DNA from: Mobula hypostoma | Lineage: Eukaryota | Assembly: GCF_963921235.1 (NCBI RefSeq) | Contig: NC_086118.1 | Span: forward strand, 26,104,001-26,168,000 | Direction of reading: 5' to 3' | DNA length: 64,000 nt | Shown here: positions 37,120 to 51,230 of the stretch, one piece after another | Layout: each line of letters opens with the position of its first letter | Numbering within the stretch: the first letter of the stretch is position 1 | The notes under the pieces: model-generated | The model's database searches: none | Told to the model about the DNA's origin: nothing | Seen by the model: only the letters and a program-made list of their open reading frames with translations | Translations under genes and position numbers: made by a program

Positions 37120-40100
37120 AAAAATGACTTCCACATCTCAGTGTAGGAGGCCACAAGCAGCAATATTGAACTGGGATGAAGAATTAAAGTGGCAGTGTAT
37201 GCCAGCTTGATTTCAACAGTTAAGGGGAGTTTGGATAAGTACACGGATAGTGGGGTACGAAGGGCTATGGTCCTGGAGTAGGTCGGTGGAAGTGGGCAGT
37301 TTAAATGGTTCAGCACTAACTAGATAGGCCAAAGGGCTTGTTTCTGTGCTGTATGTTTCTATGAATCTCTGACTATATAACAGAAAGCATGGAACCGTCC
37401 CTGCAGATGTACACAGGTGCTTGTGAAATGCAATCGCCCAATTTACATTTGGTAAATCTGATTTGGAGTGGACTGTCATTATGAACAGTGAGTGCAAAGT
37501 CTGGCCTAGGAGGAGGTGGTGATGAGTCACTGCTTGGCTTGAGAAGAATATTTTGGTTACTGGATACTGGACACAGAAGAGACAAAAGGATTGGGGCACA
37601 TGTTGAATGGAGAATGTCATAAGGAGGGGTATAGTTGGAAAGGTGTGGTGGTAGAACCTTTCTGAATTTGGCAGAAATTGCGAAGGATAATATACTGAAT
37701 GTGGAAGTTAGTGGGATTAAAGATGAGGATCAGGAGATCTCTATCCTTGCACTGCTTACAAGGGCACACAAAATGCTGAAGGAACTCAGCAGGGAACAGG
37801 CCTCCTGGTGGATGTTGAGCTGTAAGCGAAAGCAGACTCTGAGACTGAGATGTTGGGACAGGAGATCCTTCCTGAGGAAATAAAGTCAGTGTCTCCTGGA
37901 AGACAGCAACTTGAAATTCAATGGAAGGGTCATGGCTCAAACAGAGATACAGGAATGGGTCTGACAGCTTATGTTTGATCTCTGCAAGATTGAAATCAGT
38001 TCACGGGACCACAACAGTACCACCCCTGTTGCCAAGTTCAGAAGGGAGTAGATTAGAGTGAGGTGAGTGGATAATCAAAAAAATTAATGTTCTAGAGGTG
38101 GCCTGCCAAAAGATCTCGGCCTGAAACGTCGACTGTAATTTTTTTCCATATCTGCTACCTGGCCTGCTGAGTTCCTACAGCATTTTGTGTGTGTTGCTTG
38201 GATTTCCAGCATCTGCAGATTGTGTCTTGCTTGTGACTGCTCAGGAGGAGTCAGGATGAGAGCAGAGGACTTTAAATAGATAACACACGGCTCCACTGGT
38301 GCTGAGGGGAAACCACAGTTTAGGAAGGAGGAACAGTTCAGAGGCAGCTGTAAACTACGCAATGGAGATAGCAGAAGTGGGAAAATAAAATGAAGACCTA
38401 CAAGTGGAAGTGTAGTCAAGATAATGCGGGAGTCAGTAGATTTGCAATGGATGTTTGACGCTAGCTCATCTCTTGAAATAGAGACGGCAAGACCCAGAGA
38501 TAGAAGGGTTGGGCCATGTGAAGGCAAGAGCAGGGAAGAACTTGGAATGAATGCTGAGAGAGTGAGTGCAGAAAACAGCAACGAGGCTACTGATAGGTCA
38601 GGAAAGAGGTTCAGCAAAGGGATAGAATAGAGACAAAGACTGGTCCCTGTATCTTATAAAATGACTGGTGCAAGTAGGCCCCTTGTGACTTCCTTTAATC
38701 CAGCAAAAGGGAATAGAGCTGAGGACAAGTTTTTCAATGGAAGAAGCAGCTCAGCCAGGTGCTGCTGACAGGGATCAGACTGGGTCTCTTCAAGAAAGAA
38801 GTGGAGGGCCCTCACAGCATCACAGTGTAGGATTAAGTCATAAAGGGATTGTACATCAAGATGTGAACAGGAAAGAGTCAGACACTATCAGAGCTTTGGA
38901 AATGTAAGTAGGAAGGGCCAGACTGGGAGAAACAGTGGAGTCAATACACAAAGAAATTAGTTTGGTGGACCAGGAGCAGGGTGAAACACTATGTCTTCCT
39001 GAACAGACCACCTGGTGGATGTTGAGCTGTAAGCAAAAGCAGACTATGAGACTGAGATGTTGTGACAGAGGATCTCCTGAGGAAATGAAGTCAGTGTCTC
39101 CCGGAAGACAGCAACTTGAAATTCAGTGGAAGGATCATGGTTCAGACAGAGATACAGGAATGGGTCTTACAGCTTATGTTTGTCTCAGCAAGATTGAAAT
39201 CAGTTCACCAGACCACAACAGTACCAACCCTGTTGGCAAGGTCAGAAGGGAGTAAGTTAAAGTGAGGTTAGTGGGTGATCAGAAAAATTTAATGTCCTAG
39301 AGGTGGTTTGGAATTAATAGATCTAGTGTGAGTAATAGACCAGAGAGAGGTGTCCAAGTGGACTTGGACCTTTGGAGATGAAAGGAAGTCTGACACCAGG
39401 AATCCTGACAAACAATTAGACACAGAGGTTAAGGAAGGGTTCATGCCAGACTCAGAAATAATTAAGGTTAAGAAGTAGGGGGAGGATATATGGTCTCGAC
39501 CGACTGCTAATCACTCGAGGTCAGAGTTAGTAAAAGATGAGAAGAGATAGTGAAAGTACTTCAGGAAGTGAGAAGAAATGGGAGAAGTAGGGGGTCAGTG
39601 GAAAGTGAAGAGGGAAGAAGGCCAGGAAGGACATTATATTTCAAGAGCTGATTTGGAAATGTTAAAATCTGAAAGGAAAAAGTCATGGGTTCCAGCACAA
39701 ATTTGGAACTGTGGATGATGACAGCTTTGAGATAGAGCATTAGTGTTGTGGTGTTGCTGCAGAGAACATACGTGCATTTATGCACGGTACTAAAATGGAC
39801 CTCAGGATGTGTCAACAATATAGCTTATAGAAATACTGGATAGTTTGAACATGCCTATGATCCAGTTGGTGTCAGTTAGAATTTCATTTGGAATCCACAT
39901 GGGGCGAGTTGAAGTCAGGGGCTGTGTGAAAGAGGTGTGACAGTAAAAACAATTGTTGGTCAGCAGCTTACTAGAAGAGAAACTGAAACTGGTGAAGGTA
40001 AAGATGACAAAAGACACAGATGGAGGTAACACCAGAGAGCAAAGGAGAACTTCGTCAAGTGGCATTCTTGTAAGAGAAGTGGCAGAGAATTCTGCAGTAA

Positions 40101-40320
40101 ATGAAAATCAAAGAACCGCAAATGCTGGAAACACACAGGCAGCTGTAGAAAAAGAAATGGACTTAACACTGCAGATCAAAGATCCTTTATTTGGCCCTTT
40201 CTGAGGAAGAGACAGGGGTCTGAAATCTTAACTTTGTTTCTCTTGCCACACATGCTGCCTTAACTGTTGGTCTTTCCTGGCATTTTCTCTTTTTACTTCA
40301 CATTTCCAGCTTCGACAGTC
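37120..40320 (-). mobile_element. Ancient, near full-length Penelope-like fossil, interrupted by a CR1 tail (~37215-37375) and a younger PLE (37757-38229)
   Basis: Degenerate minus-strand motifs in PLE order: N-terminal (..LQLAPCGFQMK ~39900), ANRVGTVVVW (~39220, cf. ADKGGAVVVW), RT C-terminus (IHCKSTDS ~38440), GIY-YIG (TKCKLGD ~37440), HFNSSS (~37180); decayed terminal hairpin at 40095-40320. Confidence 0.65.
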
Positions 40321-41040
40321 TTTTTTTCTCTGTTTTCGTCTGCTGGCTCCTGTAATCTCAATCCAAATTTGCACAAATGCAGATTGTTTAAAGTAGGGCA
40401 ACAAGATGAATCATGTCACCTAATTTATGATTTTTTTTCCCCATGCTGTCCGACTTCTTCATTTCTGTAGCGAAGGGCCAATGGACTGCTCTTGCCAACT
40501 GAAAAAGGGAAATGACTCTTGTCCCAAGAGGAAGTTTCAAATTACTTCCTGTTTCAAGGACGTAGCATATTCTAAAAACCATACTTTTTTGTTTTATCTA
40601 AATGAATAGGTCTTAAATTCACTCCCTCTGTAATAAATCCATTTGTTTTAGCTTTGATGACTCAAGTAATCATATATTGTAACTCCAGACGTTAATTTTG
40701 TGTCTGGTGACATAGATCACTTCTATTTTCCAATTCAGTTGTTACAGCTTGTGCAATAAGAGTAACAACTGATGTTATTGATCCCAAATACAGATTTCAC
40801 TCCACTATTGCTGTCCTGGTGAAGACACCCCCAAACTGCAGCCAAGGAGTTCCAGGATTTACACCCAGCAGCCCCGAAGGAACAGCAATTTGTTTCCAAG
40901 GTGAAGGATTTGAAAAGAAATTTGCAGGTGTTGATGTTCCTAGACACCTGCTGTCCTTGTTCTATTTGGTTATAGGTTCAGGATGTGGAGGTGCTGTTGA
41001 AGTAGTTTAGGAGACTAAGTGCAGTCCATTTTAAAGTTGT

Positions 41041-43385
41041 ATAGAAACATAGAAAATAGGTGCAGGAGTAGGCCATTCAGCCCTTCGAGCCTGCACCGCC
41101 ATTCAGTGCAATCATGGCTGATCATCCAACTCAGAACCCTGTACCTGCCTTCTCTCCGTACTCGCTGATCCCTTTAGCCACAAGGGCCATATCTAACTCC
41201 CTCTTAAATATAAACAATGAACTGGCCTCAACTGTTTCCTGTGGCAGAGAATTCCACAGATTCACCACTCTCTGTGTGAAGAAGTTTTTCCTCATCTCGG
41301 TCCTAAAAGGCTTCCCCCTTATCCTCAAACTGTGACCCCTCGTTTTGGACTTCCCCAACATTGGGAACAATCTTCCTGCATCTAGCCTGTCCAATCCCTT
41401 TAGAATTTTATACGTTTCAATCAGAACCCCCTCAATCTTCTAAATTCCAGAGAGTACAAGCCTAGTCGATCCAGTCTTTCATCATATGAAAGTCCTGCCA
41501 TCCCAGGAATCAATCTGGTGAACCTTCTTTGTACTCCCTCTATGGCAAGAATGCCTTTCCTCAGATTAGGGGACCAAAACTGCATGCAATACTCCAGGTA
41601 TGGTCTCACCAAGGCCTTGTACAACTGCAGTAGTACCTCCCTGCTCCTGTACTTGAATCCTCTTGCTATGAATGCCAGCATACCATTCACCTTTTTCACC
41701 ACCTGCTGTACCTGCATGCCCACTTTCAATGATTGGTGTATAATGACACCCAGGTCTCGTTGCACCTCCCCTTTTCCTAATCGGCCAGCGTTCAGATAAT
41801 AATCCGTTTTCCTGTTCTTGCCACCAAAGTGATAACCTCACATTTATCCACATTAAATTGCATCTGCCACGAATTTGCCCACTCACCTAACCTATCCAAG
41901 TCACCTTGCATCCACTTAGCATCCTCCTCACAGCTAACACTGCCGCCCAGCTTCGTGTCATCTGCAAACTTGGAGATGCTGCATTTAATTCCCTCGTCTA
42001 AGTCATTAATATATATTGTAAACAACTGGGGTCCCAGCACTGAGCCTTGCGGTACCCCACTAGTCACTGCCTGCCATTCTGAAAAGGTCCCGTTTATTCC
42101 CACTCTTTGCTTCCTGTCTGCCAACCAATTCTCTATCCACATCAATACCTTACCCCCAATACCATGTGCTTTAAGTTTGCACACTAATCTCCTGTATGGG
42201 ACCTTGCCAAAAGCCTTTTGAAAATCCAAATATACCACATCCACTGGTTCTCCCCTATCCACTCTACTAGTTACATCCTCAAAAAATTCTATGAGATTAG
42301 TCAGACATAATTTTCCTTTCACAAATCCATGCTGACTTTGTCTGATGATTTCACCGCTTTCCAAATGTGATGTTATCACATCTTTGATAACTGACTCTAG
42401 CATTTTCCCCACCACCAAAGTTAGGCTAACTGGTCTATAATTCCCCGGTTTCTCTCTCCCTCCTTTTTTAAATAGCAGGGTTACATTAGCCACCCTCCAA
42501 TCCTCAGGAACTAATCCAGAATCTAAAGAGTTTTGAAAAATTATCACTAATGCATCCACTATTTCTTGGGCAACTTCCTTAAGCACTCTGGGATGCAGAC
42601 CATCTGGCTCTGGGGATTTACCTGCCTTTAATGCCTTCAATTTACCTAACACCACTTCCCTACTAACATGTATTTCCTTCAGTTCCTCCATCTCACTAGA
42701 CTCTTGGTCCCCTACTATTTCTGGAAGATTATTTATGTCCTCCTTGGTGAAGACAGAACCAAAGTAGTTATTTAATTGGTCTGTCATGTCCTTGTTCCCA
42801 TAATCAATTCACCTGTTTCTGACTTTAAGGGACCTACATTTGTCTTAACCAATCCTTTTCTTTTCACATATCTATAAAAGCTTTTACAGTCAGTTTTTCT
42901 GTTCCCTGCCAGCTTTCTCTCATAATCTTTTTTTCCCTTTCCTAATTAAGCCCTTTGTCCTCCTCTGCTGGACTCTGAATTTCTCCCAGTCCTCAGGTGT
43001 GCTGCTTTTTCTGGCTAATTTGTATGTTTCTTCTTTGGAATTGATACTATCCCTAATTTCCCTCGTCAGTCACAGGTGCACTATCTTCCCTGGTTTATTC
43101 TTTTGCCAAACCGGGATGAACAATTGTTGTAGTTCATCCATGCGATCTTTAAATGCTTGCCATTGCATATCCACCGTCAAGCCTTTAAGTATCATTTGCC
43201 AGTCTATCACATCTCATACCCTCAAAGTTACCCTTCTTTAAGTTCAGAACCTTTGTTTCTGAATTAACTATATCACTTTCCATCTTAATGAAGAACTCCA
43301 CCATATTATGGTCACTCTTACCCAAGGGGCCTCGCACGACAAGAGTGCTAACTAACTAACCCTTCCTCATTGCTCAATACCCAGT
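41041..43385 (-). mobile_element. Young 5'-truncated CR1 LINE
   Basis: 331-aa RT ORF (PGNYRPVSLT, YLDFQKAF, SGVPQGSVLGP, SKFADDTKLGG) plus frameshifted C-terminus; (TAGAAACA) tail. Confidence 0.95.
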
Positions 43386-44214
43386 ATACATTCCTTTCAC
43401 AGTGTTAATGGTTGACATGTTTACACATTGAAATATATAGCACGCGTGAAAAGGAACCTTTGAATATAAAAATGGAGGACGTGTAACTGGCTGATAATGC
43501 TTGTGCACTGGGAAAGTAAAGGAATGGTTGTTACTGTCATGTTCATTGTCAAGATGAGAAGTTGCACCAAATGTGCACTGAAATGCTACAGGTGTTCCTG
43601 ACTTATATACAGACTGTGTGTATGGGAGACAACAGGGTTGATTTACTGGCTGCTCTGGGCTGCAGGAATTTGGAATTGGTTTATTGTCGCATGTACTGAG
43701 ATATAGTGAAAAGCTTGTCTTGCATACTGTTTATACAGATCAAATTGTAACACAGCGACTCAGTTTCCAACTTGTGAACTCTTTGAGTTATGAAAAATTC
43801 ACAGGACCTCTGCTGTAATATAGGGACTACCTGTACTATCACTTCCTTGTTACTTTGTTCCAAGTTTGAATATATAAAATTTGATAAATTTACACCAGCT
43901 TACATGTTTCTCAACAATGAAGCCACCCTTATGAGCCTTTTTAACAGCAATGCCCAAGAATATCAGCCGCCCAGTTCTTGCCTAGAGACTCAGTTTGATA
44001 GCCTGCAACTGTAGTTCCTAAGGACCTTTGAGAGTCCACTAAGCAATTTGTAAACTTTGGGTTATCTGCTGAGGCACCTACAACTTACAAATATCACAAG
44101 CTCAACTTGCACCACTAGATCAAGTTTCCAGAGGACACATAATCATTTTAGAGAGACTTTGGCAGCACACATTGTTGGTAGAAATTTCACGGTCTGGAAT
44201 AAATTCCACCATCC

Positions 44215-44830
44215 TTGTTTCGATGCAGTCATAAAGAAGTCACGGCAGCAGCTACATTACATTAGGAGTTTGAGGAGATTTGGTATGTCAACAAAGGCAC
44301 TCACAGGTTTCTACAGATGTAAGATTGGGAGTATTCAAACTGGCTGCATCACCTGGCATGCAGGGGCCACCACATAGGATTGGAAAAAGCTGCAGAAAGT
44401 TGTAATCTCAGCCAGCTCCATCATGGGCACTAACCTCCCCAGCAGTGAGGACATCTTCAAGGAGCAATGCCTCAAAAAGACAATATCCATCATTAAGGAC
44501 CCCCATCACCCAGAACATGATGCCCCCTTCTCCTTGTTACCATTAGGGAGGAGGTACAGGAGGCTGAAGGCACACATTCAATGATTCAGAGCCTTCCCCT
44601 CTACCATCAGACTTCTGAATGGACATTGAACCCATGAACACTATCTCACTACTTTTTTTCTGTTCTTGCACGACTTACTTAATTTAACTTTTTTTGCACT
44701 AATTTAACAAACTTTAACTTAGCTTTATACCTTGTACTGTAATTTACAGTTTTTAAATTATTATGCATGGGAATGTATTGCTGCTGCGTAACAATATATG
44801 CCAGTGATATTAAACCTGATTCTGATTCTA
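44215..44830 (+). mobile_element. Rex1/Babar-type LINE 3' fragment
   Basis: KKSRQQLHYIRSLRRFGM..FYRCKIGSIQTGCITW; aaacctgattctgattc tail. Confidence 0.85.
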
Positions 44831-45713
44831 ATTGGTAACTCAAGCTCAAATCTTAAGGTAGATTCATCTGAATTTGTCATGTTGGGAAAACCATTACGGT
44901 AGAACAAAGGATTTTTGATCTGAAATGTCAATTCTCTTTTCCTTTCCACAGATGCTACTTGATATGCTGAGTGGTTCTAACATTTTCTGTCCTTTGTTTT
45001 TTTACAGGTTTCCAGCATCTGCAGTGATTTTTTTAATATTGGTTTACCAACTTGTCTCTATTCTGATCCTACATTGATAGAATTCTTAGTGACAGGATAC
45101 ATTATGACCTTGTACAGGCAGTAATGTTATCTTCCAGGGTAAAGAGTTCTTATTACCAATGTGTCATATGACGTCTAGGTGCAGGGAGATGCACAGAATC
45201 CACATTTTCAAGAAACAGCATTTGACCCTATAAAGGGGATTAGTAGAAAGACTTATTGAACCTGTTCCTAGGATTTACAAATTCCCAGAAATCTCAATGA
45301 GGAAAATTGGTGGAGAAGGTTAAGATTCTCATTGGATCCTGCTGTAATCTACAAAATGCCATGTTGTTCAACAAGACCTATTGCTTACTACCACAGCTGA
45401 CATTACAAATCATCTGATAAATTAAGTCATCACAGCTTTGAATTTTCACACTTCAAAGTCATTTCAGGCAGAAGGTAGATGCATCTATCCATAACATCTG
45501 TAAGGTTGCAATACATGCAGTTATGTATTTAATATTTCAGTAATATTTGAGTAATATTGTAAATATTTTGTTTTATTAAGCATTCTTGTTTGTTTAAATA
45601 ATTTACTTTGGGTTATATGTAATATGTGATAGGAATTGCATATGTCATGAGGCTACCACATTATATACGCGCACCTCTCTCAAAGTGAAAAAGTGAACTA
45701 AGACCCGTATCTC

Positions 45714-45946
45714 ACGAGGAAATCTGCAGATGCTGGAAATTCAAGCAACACACACAAAATGCTGGTGGAACGCAGCAGGTCAGGCAGCACCTATAGGAAG
45801 AGGTACTCCCCCTCCCACTTTCAAATCTCTTACTATCTCTTCTCTCAGTTAGTCCTGACAAAGGGTCTCGGCCCGAAACGTCGACTGTACCTCTTCCTAG
45901 AGATGCTGCCTGACCTGCTGCGTTCACCAGCATTTTTTGTGTGTTG
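45714..45946. mobile_element. PLE hairpin mini-element nested in the Gypsy 5' LTR
   Basis: Inverted PLE termini; hammerhead remnant CTGACAA..GAAACGTC at 45850-45887; degenerate TSD taagac(c/t)c(g/a)ta(t/c)ctc. Confidence 0.85.
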
Positions 45947-47289
45947 TTAAGACTCATACCTCTCAGCTCTCTTGTCATCCTTAGAGTTAGTTTTATGTTT
46001 TAGAGTTCCAAAGCAATAACAGCAGCAACAAGGACAACTACCTACATGTCAAGGTGCAGCAAGGTGTTCAAGTTAAAAAGAAGAGCACAGTGAGAAATGG
46101 TCAAGAATAAAAGAGCCAGCACGTGCTTCTTCAGGAACTCACAGATGCTCACTTACACACACTGGACCAGTGCAGGTTTAGAGGCCGAACTTGCAGAAAA
46201 TACAATAAAATAGGACACATACAAAGAGCATGTTGGTCAAACAAAAACAAATGGACTGCAAAGGGCAAAGTAAAAGATAAAAAGTCAAGATTCAGTTTCA
46301 AAAAAGAGCACTAATCTGCATGCTGCTGATGAAAAGTATGATAATGATGAGAATAACAGAGGACTAAGAAGCCTTAGCATTCACAATACAAGAATTAATA
46401 ACAGACAAGCAATATGACTTACACCAGAAGCAAATGGCAAATTAATTAAAATGAAATTCAACACTGGCTTGGCTGTTTCAGTCATTCCACAAAATGTGTT
46501 TGAAAGGCATTTCAAAGATACAGAAGCCTGCAGATATCCAACAAAGAACTTATGCTGATGCAAAAAATAACTCCTGTGGAAATGGTAGTCATAACAGTGA
46601 AATACAACAACTAACAAGTATTTGGTCAAAACAGGAGGATCAGCATGATGAGGACATGATTGGCTGAGACAACTACAACTTGATTGGAGATCCATCCACC
46701 AGCTGCATGCCACATGTCCTGCAATACAGTCAACTGAAAGCGAATTAAGAAAGGTACTAGATGATGCCACAGAAGTGTTCTGGGATGGCACTGGAAAATA
46801 CAAACATATCAAGGGTAAAATAGTGTTAAATGAAAATGCCACACCCAAGTTTTACAAAGCCTGTCTGGTTCCTTATACTATCTGTGATAAAGTAGCTAGT
46901 GAGCTAGATTACATGGAGTCTGAAGGAATTCTTTCCAAGGCTGTGTGGAGGCCATGGTCAATACCGGTGGCCCCAGTCTTCAAGAAGAATGGGTCTGTCA
47001 GGATCTGTGGAGATTTCAAGGTCACCATCAGTCCAGTACCAAAAGTAGATCAATACACTCTGCCCAGGACAGAGGATATCTTTGCAACCTTTCTGGTGGG
47101 AAATACTTCAGCAAAGTGGACTTAGCTGAGGCCTACCTATAGATGGAGATGAAAGAAGAGTCCAAAGTGTTTCTCACGATAAACATTCGCAAAGGGCTTT
47201 ATTGCTATGCGTGGCTTATTTTTGGAGTAGCATCTGTACCTGCACTCTGGTAGAAAGCGATGGACCAGGTGCCACTAGGCTGCTCAGGC

Positions 47290-47364
47290 CATCAGTGTTA
47301 CCTGAATGACATAACATCAGTGTTATCTGAATGACATAACATCAGTGTTATCTGAATGACATAA
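47290..47364 (+). repeat. 25-bp unit x3 tandem repeat
   Basis: catcagtgtta(c/t)ctgaatgacataa at 47290, 47315 and 47340. Confidence 0.95.
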
Positions 47365-48339
47365 TTGTTGCCAGTAAGGATTACAAAATCCAAAATCTTG
47401 ACAGCGTTAAAAAGATTAGAAGATTATGGGCTCAGAACACAACACAACAAGTGTGATTTCTTTAAACCAAGCATCACTTATATAGACACATCATTGACGC
47501 ACAAGATTTACACAAGTGTGCTGAGAAAATTCAAGCTGTGGTGGATGCCCCAAGGCCAAAGGATGTATTACAGGTCCAATTCTTTTTTTAGGATTTCTCA
47601 ATGACTATAACAGGCTCCTGCCAAACCTGGCTACCGTGCGCCACCCTTTGAACAACTTTCTACAGATCAGGAAGAAATGGCAATGGACAAAGCAGTGTGA
47701 GGTGGCTTTCCAAAAGGTAAAGGAAATGGAGACATCCGGCTGTGTACTCACACATTATGAGCCACGCACCCAGAAGGAGGGTATTTAGAGCTGTCAGAAC
47801 CACTTTCTGCATTCTTAGAGTGAATTCCTACAAACACCATAGAGGTGGCCCCAGAATCTGAGATTGTTTCACAGCCGTGTCTCACCTGCCAGGCAGAGTG
47901 ATCACCCTTGTCAGGAAAGACATTATCCCACAAGAGTAAGAAAACTTCCACAGTGATTAAATCTTGAGGCCCGAATGGGACAATTTAAAATTTACTACGC
48001 TGTGGACGTCTGTACATATTAGTTGTATTAAATGGTGTATTTGTCGATATTGTTGAAGATGCATTCTATATAGAGCTGGAGTTTATAGCCAAGCAGGGAG
48101 GAATATTGTGTATTTAATAGTTCAGTAATATTTGAGTAATGTTGTAAATATATTGTTTTATTAAGCATTCTTGTTTATTTAAATAGTTCACTGCAGGTTA
48201 TACGTAAAAATATATGAATTGCATATGTCATGATGTTACCACATTATACGTGTGTGCCTCGTTTTGAATTTAAAAAATGAACCAGCTCCCTTGTTTTTCT
48301 TTGAATTTGTTTTATGTTTTGGAGTTACAAAACATAACA

Positions 48340-48612
48340 CATGGCTATAGCGTAGCAGTTAACGGTACATTATTACAGCCCAGCTGATCGGAGTTTGGAG
48401 TTAATTCTGACGCCATATGTAAGGAGTCTGTACTGTGAAATGTGTGGGATTTCTCTGGGTGCTCCGGTTTCCTCCCACAGTCCAAAGATGTACCGGTTAG
48501 TAGGTTAATTGGTCATTGTAAATTGTCCCGTGATTAGTCTAGGGTTAAATTGCTGGGTGGTGTGGCTCAAAGAACTAGAAGGGCCTATTCTACACTGTAT
48601 CTCAGTAAATAT
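48340..48612 (+). mobile_element. V-domain SINE
   Basis: V core gggtgctccggtttcctcccacagtccaaagatgt; CR1-like 3' tail. Confidence 0.85.
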
Positions 48613-50916
48613 AAAGCAATTTCCAAGGCTATTTATGTTACTAATGAACCCAGCAGCCAGCAATAAGAGGTCTAGGTCCATTTAAGAATGCTACATAATA
48701 GATTAACAGGGAATCTCCTCTGCAGTAATGGCATAAGACTTGACCAAAATCTATGCATTAGACAACACTTATGGAAATGTCCTATACAGTCTGTCTTTGC
48801 TCAACACACGTACTCAGTTGCAGTCTATTAGAATATCGAAGTAAGTTTTAAAGGCAGGGTTTCATTCCACACATCAGTCATTGGATGAGACGGTAACTGT
48901 TGGTGTGGTCACACTTGCGGTAACTTCACCATACTAAGAAAAGAACTAAAAGTCATTCACCAGAAAGAGAAGGACAGATCTGGTCACACAAAATTAGTCA
49001 GGGCCATTTACCAGAAGCTTATTGATCACTGCCCTAGACAGAATAACTCCAACAACAAATCACCAAAGAAGTCCATTTAATAGATTCCCCATATTCTGGT
49101 AATGACCATCACTTAACACAAGCCGAAAGTAGAACTACTAACAAACAGTGGGTATGATCAAAGGGAAAGGACAAATGGGTATTCTGTCATCGTGAAAGTG
49201 TAAAATTGACAATTAAAAAATCAGCAGTTTCAAGTCTCCAATTTTTCATTTGCACTGAGTTCTTCATCTGTTCAATCTCAATACTATGAAATTCCTATCG
49301 AAGAAGCTTGGAAGACAAAAGGCTATTAATAATTGTTTTAGAATATCTGGCTTATTACATACGAGGGCTAAGCTGCAGAGAGCAGCACCTCTGCCAGCTG
49401 TTTCTGAATCTGGCCTAACTGGCATCTTAGTTTTGCACAGTCCACCCACATGCAAGTGGACATTCCTTTATCTCTATGACACTTGCCATCCAAGTGGTGG
49501 TGATGAGTTTGAATACATAGAAATACTAGGCATTAAAATAATGCCAGAGAACATTAGCATGACTGACTTTCCGCAGAGTAGAATGTAGGAAATCTTTTGT
49601 TGTAACTGAGAGGAGGCAGGGATAGAAGAGTCCAGAAGAAAAATAATGATCAGTTTGCACTTCAAGCAAACTGGCACTAATGTGAAAAAGTTCTCTGGCG
49701 TTATTTTAATGTCTAGTATTTCTATGTAGTCAAACTCTTAGATAGCATGCATTATGAATGTTCTTTATGAAACTGTTTTTGTTCTCTAAAACAATATCCG
49801 AACATATTGCAACCCTTTTTCAATCTAACGTGATTGTTTTTTTTATTCATATAGTGTATAGAACCATGAGTTAAGCCAATTTGACCTCAGTGGTTGCAGT
49901 GCATACAATTAGTGTAGATGAAGCTTTTCACCCGATAGTAGAATAATTCTTATTTTGTTCAGGTGCATCTGCAAATTGAATATAATATTGATGTACCTGA
50001 TAACATAATGAGAAGATTTATGGTGTATTGCCATCTCTGACAATTAGACAAAAAAGATCCACAATTTTCCAAACTAATCAGTCCAATTTCATTGGACAAT
50101 TTAGCTTTGCCTTTCAATTAGTTAAAAAAATAATGATCCTTCCTGAAGAATCACAGAAATGCTTCCAGTTAACCACAAGAGAGTAATTCATTATCTCTGG
50201 TTTCAGGCCTGGTACAGAGAATCCCCAGTAATGTAGGTATCAAAAATTCAGCTTCAAACCCACACTTTTCATGAATAACAAGCCATTAAAAAGTCTTTCT
50301 ACAGGGATAAATATTACAATCAGGGAATACATTTCCCATTCAGTCAAAGGAATAAGGCAGTAAGTAAGATGTTGCTAAGATCCACCCTCAAAGCACAAAT
50401 TATGATATGTCCTTTTTTAAAGAATATGAATTTTCTAACGAGAGGATGCAGTTAATTAACTGAATTAACTGCACCCTCTGTTGTGCCATTAAGTGTCTTT
50501 TTGGTATATGCAAACTCCATGCTCGGCCAAATTATGCTCGCTATTTTCTGTTGAATTATTTTCACTTTTATATTGGGGTTCCATATCATAACTTCATAAT
50601 TACACTACTTCCGCAACTCAGAGGCCTGGTCAGATTTAGATTAAGTCACCCTCATTAAAATGGATCATTTTGAACCACTTCAGGCGAAGTGAAAATATTC
50701 TCACACGTGCACAATGGATTAAAATTTAGGAACTGGTAGTGAAAGTAATATGCGACAATATATTCCATTTTGTGAAGTTTAGCGTTCTTATAGTTCTGAG
50801 TGTTGGTGGGTGCTGAAAATCTAAAATTGCTTCTGAAGGTACTAAATTGAAAAAATAAGTCATGATTTAAATTTACACGACCTTGAAATAATATGTGGTC
50901 ACAGTGTATTGTTAAA

Positions 50917-51230
50917 CATAGAAACACGGAAAACAGGTGTGGCAGGTGGCTATTTGGCCTTTCAACCATTCTCTACCAATCACTGAGATCACTGCGTATC
51001 TTGTGTCTCAATACCAGTTTCCTTTTCTTCTCCATACCTTTTGGAGCTTCTCGTGTCTGCAGATTGATCCACCTCCTCCTTAAGGATGTTCAGTAATTGT
51101 GGCAGAGAACTCCACACGTTTACTATTTTGAGTGAAGAAATTTCTCCTCATCACAATCCTAAATGTGTTATCTCATACCCTGTCTTCTACACCTCATTCC
51201 AGACCTATCCTACCTCTAGCTCAATATAGG
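50917..51230 (-). mobile_element. Old CR1 3' end
   Basis: 'catagaaacacggaaaacagg..gtggcagagaactccacacgtt..gtgaagaaatttctcctcatc'. Confidence 0.7.

Larger units (their letters stand above)
45519..48339 (+). mobile_element. Decayed, internally deleted Gypsy LTR retrotransposon (5' LTR 45519-46021, 3' LTR 48104-48339)
   Basis: Paired LTRs with TGTTRTG..(C)ATAACA ends, PPT aagcagggaggaa before the 3' LTR, flanks catgc/catgg. Gag knuckle CRKYNKIGHIQRAC and RT KKNGSVRICGDFKVT / GGKYFSKVDLAEAYL are present; integrase appears largely missing. Confidence 0.9.

Noticed and set aside
41792..42787. Host gene or active reverse transcriptase
   Set aside because: CR1 ORF2 fragment, 5'-truncated and frameshifted downstream.
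47290..47364. CRISPR-like direct repeats
   Set aside because: No spacers; head-to-tail triplication in a eukaryotic retrotransposon.
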